DNA of 64,000 bases from an uncultured cyanobacterium (lineage in GTDB: Bacteria; Cyanobacteriota; Cyanobacteriia; Cyanobacteriales; Nostocaceae). The position numbers and the translations under genes are program-made. The notes under the pieces were generated by a model, which was given only the letters and a program-made list of their open reading frames with translations, did no database searches and was not told the origin of the DNA. Location of the stretch: the NCBI GenBank assembly GCA_963706595.1, contig OY970166.1:1760001-1824000 (forward strand), read 5' to 3'. The first letter of the stretch is position 1; each line of letters starts with the position of its first letter. Of this stretch, positions 56,821 through 64,000 are shown piece after piece.

Positions 56821-58572
56821 TTAGCGCAGTAACTCCTCGACTTGATGTTGACTCCACAAAGTTTTGTAAAGACCCTCTGTTTGTAATAATTCCGAGTGTT
56901 TTCCTGTCTGGACAATGTGGCCTTTATCCATCACAAAAATGCGGTCAGCCGCCGCCGCCGCAGATAGCTGATGAGTGATAAAAATTATAGTTTTGCGTTC
57001 CGAACCACTGGCAAGATTATCGAGGATTCTAGTCGCAGTTTGATTATCTACGCTGGAAAGGGCATCATCTAAAATTAAGATTGGGGCTTCTACTAACATC
57101 GCCCTAGCCAAGGCGGTACGTTGTCGTTGACCACCAGATAGAGTGATACCACGTTCCCCAACAATGGTTTCGTATTGATTCGGAAAATTGCTAATTTCGC
57201 TATCTATTTGCGCCAATTTAGCCACATACTCTACATCTTGGGCTTCACTAACCGGATCACCATAGCGAATATTATTCTTAATTGTGGTGCTAAACAAAAA
57301 GCTATCTTGAGGAACGTAGGCGATCGCCTGACGTAAATCTGATAATGATATCTTGGTAATATCCAGATCATCGAGAAACAATTGCCCCGACGCAATATCT
57401 AACAAACGCGGTAACGCATTGGCTAAAGTTGATTTACCAGAACCAATCGCCCCAACAATCGAAACTGTTTCCCCAGGAAAAATAGTAAAGCTGAGATTTT
57501 CTAAAGCCGAAGTACTCGCACCGGGGTAAGTGTAGCTGAGATTTTTAGCGGTGAGTTTACCTTGAACTTTATCCAAAGGCAAATGTACAGTATCAGCTTC
57601 ATCTTGAATTTTCGGTGTGACAGAAAGAATCGACTCCAGACGGTCAATACTCACTTCACCACGTTGATAAGCTGTAATTGTGAAACCTAATATAGCCGTG
57701 GGAAAAACCAGACGTTCTACATAAATCAGCAGCGCCAAAAAATCGCCTACAGCTAGGGTTCCAGTCGATATTTGTGTAGCCCCCAGCCAGATAATTACCA
57801 GAGAACTGAGATTAGCTAAACCACCGATTAACGGAAACAGGATATTTCGGCTTTTCGCCAATTGTAAGTTAGCCGCCAATAGCTGCTGATTTTTTTGAGC
57901 AAAAGCTCGACGTTCATTTTCCTCTTGGGCGTAAATTTTAATCAGGGCGATACCGCTAACGTCCTCTTGAATCAGTTCACTGATATCAGACAGTTCCTCT
58001 TGGACTACGGCTTGTTCTTTGCGGAGGCGATTGCTAAACAGATGCACTAACCAGAACATAAAGGGATACACAGCCAAAGAAGCTAGTGTAAGATTCACGC
58101 TAATGGTCAGCATTACTGGTAGGGTCAGAACATAGGCAAACACAGTATTTGCTATACTGAGTACCGCAAAACCCAGCAACCTCCTGACATTTTCCACATC
58201 ACTGGTAGCGCGACTAATTAAATCTCCAGCCGTGTTAGTGGCAAAATAAGACGGCTCCAGCTTGAGTAAATGTTCAAAAATCCGTTGTTTAAGATCAAAT
58301 TCTACCTGTCTTCCCACACCAAACAGCCAGATGCGCGAAGCCATCCGGATCAGCCACATCGCGGAACTGAGCAAGACAATCGGGACTACATAAGATAATA
58401 TATTGTTGAAATTAAAGCTTGCCGAAAGTTGGTCAACGGCTGAACGAATCAACCAAGGGATATAAACACCCAGCCCATTGACAGATAATAAAGCGAGAAT
58501 GCCTAATGTCGTTTCCCGCCAATGGGGACGTAAATAAGCACCGAGTTTAGCAAGTCGTCGAGATTCTGCCAT
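56821..58572 (-). CDS. ABC exporter, fused permease and ATPase
   Basis: N-terminal TM domain, GAIGSGKST, LSGGQ and LILDD. Confidence 0.94.
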   Translation of the reverse strand: MAESRRLAKLGAYLRPHWRETTLGILALLSVNGLGVYIPWLIRSAVDQLSASFNFNNILSYVVPIVLLSSAMWLIRMASRIWLFGVGRQVEFDLKQRIFEHLLKLEPSYFATNTAGDLISRATSDVENVRRLLGFAVLSIANTVFAYVLTLPVMLTISVNLTLASLAVYPFMFWLVHLFSNRLRKEQAVVQEELSDISELIQEDVSGIALIKIYAQEENERRAFAQKNQQLLAANLQLAKSRNILFPLIGGLANLSSLVIIWLGATQISTGTLAVGDFLALLIYVERLVFPTAILGFTITAYQRGEVSIDRLESILSVTPKIQDEADTVHLPLDKVQGKLTAKNLSYTYPGASTSALENLSFTIFPGETVSIVGAIGSGKSTLANALPRLLDIASGQLFLDDLDITKISLSDLRQAIAYVPQDSFLFSTTIKNNIRYGDPVSEAQDVEYVAKLAQIDSEISNFPNQYETIVGERGITLSGGQRQRTALARAMLVEAPILILDDALSSVDNQTATRILDNLASGSERKTIIFITHQLSAAAAADRIFVMDKGHIVQTGKHSELLQTEGLYKTLWSQHQVEELLR

Positions 58573-58998
58573 TAAAGCGATATTGCAACTTAATCATCTG
58601 AGGATGAACTGCTGATAAGTCTGTATTTTATGGGAATTTCGGCAGTCCACCTTATCTTAACTTTAACCAATAGGGAAACCCATATAGTAGCAAGTTGTCA
58701 TGAAAACTCTGGCAAAATTCCAACAATTTTGGATTTGGGATTTGGGAGCATGGAATTGTTGCACCCACAAGGGGGAGCCACTGCGGTTCTTTGGTTTCCA
58801 AAGGTTGAGCAAGTGGCGTTGGATGAACCAAAAAAAATCTCAAATACTTGCAGCGCTAACGGCAATTTTAAATCGGCACGGTCAATGTTTTTGAGATTAA
58901 ACCACAGATGCAGATAGATCAACATTGATCAAACATCCGTGGTTAATTTTTCCTGATGCGGATTTTGGCGATCCGTCTCAGCTATGAAAGTGACTTTT

Positions 58999-59745
58999 TT
59001 ACCGAGATGTTTGATTACCACGCAAGAAAAAGTAAATCTGGTTAAGATAACTTTCCCATACTTGGGTTGTGACTTGCAGAGTTTGGGCGCTGGGTACAAA
59101 GTCTTCTATTCTCAATCCGCGATTAGCAATGTCTTGAGCAGGTATTTGCAACAGGTAAGGTGGCACTTTTGCACCCAAAGAATTGAATCCTATGGTTGCA
59201 CGCCCTGGTTGTTGATTCAGCCACAGATTATTGCTCACGACATCAGAAATTAGCTGGGGGGTAGTTGCTGGACTAAATGCCACTAGCACCTCTGGTGAGG
59301 AAGCGTCAGTTCTGAGAGACGACACTAGCCGATAATTCTGAATTATCTCCTGAGTTGCTACGTTGGTATCACCCATCATTGCTACAGGTACTCTCACCAG
59401 AAAGTAAGCGATCGCAGGTGTACTTGCCAACAGTAAAATTGTCAACGACCAACCCACCAAATAACCACCTGGTTTTTCAATCCCGCCGCCCTTAATCCTC
59501 TGCGCGGCAAACATCATCAGCAACACAGAAGCTCCCAGAGGCTTGAGTGGAAATGATACAACCCTCCACAAAGATGCCACAGCTGGTTCATTAGGGTTAA
59601 TAAACGACAAAGCTATGACAATCAACACAATCACTAAAACTAATCGGCCAATAAAGGTTCCAGAAGGATAAAATCTCTGAAACAGAGAGTATACAACAGT
59701 GCCAATCAGCAGCCACAGCAGTACACGACTTAGCAATAGAAACAT
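58999..59745 (-). CDS. Membrane protein with YdcF-like termini (possible septal FraI-like protein)
   Basis: Four hydrophobic helices; C-terminal DFVPS...IYFFLRG; divergent from galE. The FraI link is from memory of synteny only. Confidence 0.6.
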   Translation of the reverse strand: MFLLLSRVLLWLLIGTVVYSLFQRFYPSGTFIGRLVLVIVLIVIALSFINPNEPAVASLWRVVSFPLKPLGASVLLMMFAAQRIKGGGIEKPGGYLVGWSLTILLLASTPAIAYFLVRVPVAMMGDTNVATQEIIQNYRLVSSLRTDASSPEVLVAFSPATTPQLISDVVSNNLWLNQQPGRATIGFNSLGAKVPPYLLQIPAQDIANRGLRIEDFVPSAQTLQVTTQVWESYLNQIYFFLRGNQTSR

Positions 59746-60038
59746 AGATTAACTCTCAAATTTTCTTGTCCTGTGAGCCAGTTAAAAAACAGGAGTTTCC
59801 CCCATGACCAACTGACACACCCTAGAGATTTTCGGCAGCAGATGTATTTTCTCGTCAAATTGTAGTCGCACTATTACTTGAGAGCAAATACCTCCAACCC
59901 AAATACCAAAGACTACCGTCGTAGTGATTTTAGTGCAATTTTTTCACACTTCGTCGATTATTTGTTATTTTTCGGATGAGTAATGTGGCACCAGTAAACT
60001 AAATTAATCACACAGTTGTCAACTTGAACGGAAAAACT

Positions 60039-61037
60039 ATGTCGAATGGAAAGCCCAGTATCTTAGTCACAGGGGGCGCTGGATATATTGGTTCCCATAC
60101 TGTACTTGCGCTCAAGCAAGCGGGTTATGAAGTCGTCATACTTGATAATCTGGTGTATGGGCATCAAGATTTAGTAGAACAGGTTTTGCAAGTAGAACTG
60201 ATAGTAGGAGATACAGGCGATCGCCCTTTGTTAGATAACTTATTTAAAACCCGGAATATTACCGCCGTTATGCACTTCTCCGCTTATGCCTACGTAGGCG
60301 AATCGGTGACAGACCCGGCTAAATATTACCGTAACAACGTTGTGGGGACACTGACGCTATTAGAAGCGATGGTAGCGGCCTCAATTCGGAAATTCGTGTT
60401 TTCTTCCACCTGTGCCACCTATGGAGTCCCAGAAGTCGTACCCATTCCCGAAAACCACCCCCAAAACCCTATTAATCCCTACGGGGCTACCAAGCTGATG
60501 GTAGAACGAATTCTGTCTGATTTTGATGTAGCTTACGGTTTAAAATCAGTCCGGTTTCGCTACTTTAATGCAGCTGGCGCTGATCCAGGTGGCTTACTAG
60601 GCGAGGATCATCAACCAGAAACCCATTTAATCCCCTTAGTATTGCTCACAGCTTTAGGCAAAAGAAAATCGATTGCCATTTTTGGCACAGATTACCCCAC
60701 CCCTGACGGTACTTGTATTCGCGATTATATTCACGTTAGCGACTTAGCAGATGCCCATGTTTTGGGATTAAAATATCTCTTAGAAGATGGCGACAGCGAA
60801 GTTTTCAACTTAGGTAACGGTAATGGTTTCTCAGTCAGAGAAGTGATTGCAGCTGCGGCAGAAGTCACCGGAATCAGCATACCAGTGGAAGAGTGCGATC
60901 GCCGCCCCGGAGATCCGCCATCTCTAATTGGTAGCGGAGAGAAAGCCAGAAAAATCCTTAACTGGCAACCACAATACCCAGACATCAAAAATATTGTCAC
61001 CCATGCCTGGCAGTGGCATCAAAAGCGACATATTTAG
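60039..61037 (+). CDS. galE: UDP-glucose 4-epimerase
   Basis: GGAGYIG, FSSTCA, PYGATK, RYFN and RDYIHV. Confidence 0.96.
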   Translation: MSNGKPSILVTGGAGYIGSHTVLALKQAGYEVVILDNLVYGHQDLVEQVLQVELIVGDTGDRPLLDNLFKTRNITAVMHFSAYAYVGESVTDPAKYYRNNVVGTLTLLEAMVAASIRKFVFSSTCATYGVPEVVPIPENHPQNPINPYGATKLMVERILSDFDVAYGLKSVRFRYFNAAGADPGGLLGEDHQPETHLIPLVLLTALGKRKSIAIFGTDYPTPDGTCIRDYIHVSDLADAHVLGLKYLLEDGDSEVFNLGNGNGFSVREVIAAAAEVTGISIPVEECDRRPGDPPSLIGSGEKARKILNWQPQYPDIKNIVTHAWQWHQKRHI

Positions 61038-61044
61038 CACTCCT

Positions 61045-61223
61045 GTAGAGACGCGATTTATCGCGTCTGATTTATCGCGTCTGATTTATCGCGTCTGATT
61101 CATCGCAACCGCCAAGGCGTTTAGGACAAAAACAAATCATAAAACCCTTGTACTTAAGGAGTTTTAAGCCTGCCCCCTGCCCCCTGCCCCCTGCCCCCTG
61201 CCATATCTGATTTATCGCGTCTC
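61045..61223. repeat. GTAGAGACGCG palindrome with 14-bp tandem expansion and a family-C MITE carrying CCCCTGC
   Basis: GATTTATCGCGTCT three times in tandem plus a copy at 61209-61222; GCAACCGCCAAGGCGTTTAGGACA at about 61105. Confidence 0.75.
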
Positions 61224-61856
61224 CCGCCCTTTCATCCCCCGCAGGATAAAAAACACAATGCCCAAAGCCACAAAAATCGCCAACGCTAACACCGTCATAG
61301 TCAACCTTGACCTGATATTGATATCTTGATTCGGTGCATTATTGACATTTTGCACATTTCCTGAATTTCTACCTGTTCCAGCCGCCACCGTCACCTCAAA
61401 CTCAAATTGAAACGGTTTAAAACTAGCCTGAGATATCGGTTTACCATTTAGCTGTAACTGATACCTTCCAGGCCTGGGAAAAGTAATTTCTGCACCCGGA
61501 ATACCTTGATAACGTTCAGCCGCCACAGGTTCTAAAGATGGCTCTATCAGGGCTGGTTCTCCCGGCGTATGGGGTTCAGCATAAATCAACAATTCACAAT
61601 CACACTGCGCCAGGGGAATCACCTGACCACCTTTACGGGTAAGAGCAAACCAAGCTTGGGTAGGTTCCCCAGCACGAGGATTATCATTCGGCTCAATGTG
61701 GATAGTAGCACCGACATCTTCAGATATTTGCACCTGATGGGCAGAAGTGAAATCAGCCGTAATTATTGATATAACTAAGCAACTCAAAAATAATAGATAG
61801 TAGATAATTCTTGGGCTTTGACCAAACCTGTTACTACGATTTGCTTGGGGGTACAT
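61212..61856 (-). CDS. Exported Ig-fold-like protein with C-terminal membrane anchor
   Basis: Signal peptide then AH, HIEPND, CDC, ITFP.PG.Y.L and a C-terminal TM; overlaps the upstream gene. Confidence 0.7.
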   Translation of the reverse strand: MYPQANRSNRFGQSPRIIYYLLFLSCLVISIITADFTSAHQVQISEDVGATIHIEPNDNPRAGEPTQAWFALTRKGGQVIPLAQCDCELLIYAEPHTPGEPALIEPSLEPVAAERYQGIPGAEITFPRPGRYQLQLNGKPISQASFKPFQFEFEVTVAAGTGRNSGNVQNVNNAPNQDINIRSRLTMTVLALAIFVALGIVFFILRGMKGRETR

Positions 61857-63102
61857 AAAACTTCTCTATATTTAACTTTGACCAAAACACAGGTGAACGC
61901 ACCAATAACACCCCGGAGGTGACAATTACTATTAACACTACCGCTAATTTATTTTCCCATGTTGATTGCAAGGAACCTAAATAATGAGAACCAATCAAAA
62001 CAGCATGAATGGTAGTTAAAAGTAAAGCCGGTACACTCAATAAATGAATCTGTCGCCAACGCTTACCCAAATATTTTTGCAGTGATTCAAAACTTGTGAA
62101 AGCTGCGGGGGTAATTAAGACTAATGCTACAGCACCCGCAGCCATGCCCCACTGAAAATCCGGCGGTAAAAACAAGAAAGCCGCAAATTGCCACTGTAAA
62201 GAATGTGCGAAGTTATGGGTAGTATGAACCACAGCTAACACAAAAGCACCCACTCCCAAACCCCGACGGTAACGTAAGGGTGAAGCCCACAGGCGACTAA
62301 TGGGACGAGCAATGAGTGCCAAGATTAAGCAGACTAATGCGGCGTGTCCACTGTAATCTACCATTGTGTCGCCAGTCCGCAGCAAAGTAAGTATGCCAAT
62401 GGTGAGTGTCACCCAGCCGCCTAAGCGAAACAATTGACTGCGCTGATCTTTATTGACTAAAGAAGTAGAAACACCGACACCTAACATAGTGGGTAGAGTT
62501 CCCAGCCCAAAAGCCAGCATAGTTGCTGCTCCCATCCATAAATTACCTGTTTCCGCAGCCTTAATTTGGGCAGCATATAGAAAACCACAAGGCATTAAAC
62601 CCCAAGTCATGCCTAAAAGCATGGGTGTCCACCATCTGGTTTTGTAAGAAAGCTTCACCATTCCTGTACTCAGACGGTCATGTAAACGTCCTTGTAGTAA
62701 GGGATGTAATAGAGGTATTCTCGGCAATAAGTCGGGTGTTACTTGCCCTAACCCAAACCAAATCAGCATTAAGCCTGTAATAATTGCCATCCAGCGCCGG
62801 AAATCACTGCCTACACCTGCAAACTGACCACCTTGCAGTAAAACTGAACCCAGCGCCCCTATGCCACCACCGACTAGAGCATAACTTAATATTCGTCCCA
62901 GGTTCAGTAATATATGAAATCTTAATTGTTGTTGCCACGAATTGGGTATTTTCCGGAGTGATGGCTGTTCGTGGGAAACTGTTTGTGGTGTTGTTTGCTG
63001 CTGAGAAAGGGAAAAGGCTACCGTGAGGGGTCCACACATCCCAAAGCAATGGCCAAAACTGCCCAGGAACCCCAGGATGGTGATGAGTGACAAATCTAGC
63101 AT
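61834..63102 (-). CDS. DsbD_2/UreH/TauE-like membrane domain fused to a ferric-reductase-like (MsrQ-type) TM domain
   Basis: HCFGMCGP, NLGR..SY, GLMPCG.LY, then RRGLG...H...W.QIHLL...H. Confidence 0.8.
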   Translation of the reverse strand: MLDLSLITILGFLGSFGHCFGMCGPLTVAFSLSQQQTTPQTVSHEQPSLRKIPNSWQQQLRFHILLNLGRILSYALVGGGIGALGSVLLQGGQFAGVGSDFRRWMAIITGLMLIWFGLGQVTPDLLPRIPLLHPLLQGRLHDRLSTGMVKLSYKTRWWTPMLLGMTWGLMPCGFLYAAQIKAAETGNLWMGAATMLAFGLGTLPTMLGVGVSTSLVNKDQRSQLFRLGGWVTLTIGILTLLRTGDTMVDYSGHAALVCLILALIARPISRLWASPLRYRRGLGVGAFVLAVVHTTHNFAHSLQWQFAAFLFLPPDFQWGMAAGAVALVLITPAAFTSFESLQKYLGKRWRQIHLLSVPALLLTTIHAVLIGSHYLGSLQSTWENKLAVVLIVIVTSGVLLVRSPVFWSKLNIEKFYVPPSKS

Positions 63103-63730
63103 TCTGATAAATTCCTGCGGCACGTTTCTAGTGCGAAAATTTACCCTAAGTTCTGGGATTTGTCAAAAGACGAGTTGTCAAACTTCTCACTTTTCACGGA
63201 ATTTGATTAAATGATTTCTAATCCTTGTGTGTACGGTGTGTTGTCGCGTAGCGCAACGCACCATCTTCAATTCTCTTTTGCGTCATAAAACCCCACCCCT
63301 AGCCCCTCCCCGCAAGCGAGGAGGGGAATAAGATTTCTGATTAAATCTTGTTTTTAGGCCTGGAAACTGTCTTTGGCTCAAGATGTGTGTACACGATATT
63401 ACCAACAGAAAAATATGGGGCTGGCGCTAGTTTTCGTCGTAAGTAGTCAAAATTACGGATGACTACAAATATTCTTCACTGAACTTTATTGATTTGTATT
63501 CACCAAAAACCTATATCATACATAAACAAACAGATAAATTTGTATCAGTTTTGGCATTTATAACTTCCAACATGAGTTATAAATGGAACCGAACTTTCGA
63601 GAGATGAAACTCAAAAGTTTGTTGTTTGTGGGAAGATCAACGTTTTCGGTAACGTTGCTGTTAATCAGGGGTTTTGAGCATCTTTTATAAATTAAATTTT
63701 ATCCTGTTGCAAAATATAAATGTTTTGACC

Positions 63731-64000
63731 ATGTTAGATGTATTTGTTGCAAAATCTCGAAAAATTCAGCCACAACTTAACGCTACCTCCTCGAAGGTTG
63801 TGGAAACAGAATTTAACGCCATGCAGCTACATCAACAAGAAGCTGCCTTTACCGTTGGTAACGGTTATTTAGGAACCCGTGGGACTTTCGAGGAAGGGTA
63901 TCCTCAGAATTTTCCATCTACAATGATTTACGGTGTTTATGACGATGTAGCGATCGCCCATCCCGAACTTGTACAATGTCCCAATTGGCTACCATTAGTC
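63731..64000 (+). CDS. GH65-family glycoside phosphorylase, N-terminal fragment running off the window
   Basis: Manual translation: MLDVFV...EAAFTVGNGYLGTRGTFEEGY...GVYD...ELVQCPNWLPL. Confidence 0.85.
   Translation, partial: MLDVFVAKSRKIQPQLNATSSKVVETEFNAMQLHQQEAAFTVGNGYLGTRGTFEEGYPQNFPSTMIYGVYDDVAIAHPELVQCPNWLPLV

Larger units (their letters stand above)
1..64000. repeat. HIP1 octamer GCGATCGC, highly iterated across the window
   Basis: Roughly 50 exact copies counted by eye, mostly inside CDSs; about 1 expected by chance in 64 kb. Hallmark of many cyanobacteria. Confidence 0.95.

Noticed and set aside
58630..58925. Four overlapping short ORFs
   Set aside because: The region is made of STRR and palindromic repeats; no frame stands out.
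2185..63214. Many antisense ORFs inside long genes in the ORF track
   Set aside because: Shadow ORFs of well-supported CDSs with no independent evidence.

Overview
A 64-kb chromosomal window from a filamentous, probably heterocyst-forming cyanobacterium (Nostoc/Anabaena-like). The assignment rests on roughly 50 HIP1 octamers (GCGATCGC, counted by eye), heptamer STRR arrays and small dispersed palindromic repeats. About 50 CDSs and tRNA-Glu(TTC) are present, mostly core-like: GH57, nfuA, lepA, iscS, bcp, tldD/pmbA, Tab2, Ycf23, sucC/sucD, surE, galE, transporters and kinases. There is no CRISPR array, prophage or intact transposase. The intergenic DNA is rich in non-autonomous elements with readable inverted repeats and target duplications, including a four-level nest at 785-1536. 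The most interesting signals are: (1) an RHH regulator divergent from a promoter-to-terminator ~290-nt RNA upstream of an alr0857-family gene; (2) a split, order-inverted photolyase pair with four candidate Fe-S cysteines; (3) intact-looking proteins lacking catalytic residues (SucD, a GAF kinase, a cytochrome b6 paralog, a ClC); (4) an Rpn nuclease with an internal ribosome-binding site; (5) an accessory SMR-SDR-methyltransferase-glycosyltransferase operon with a frameshift; (6) tiny repeats inserted in-frame in genes. All calls come from reading motifs by eye; no database search was run.
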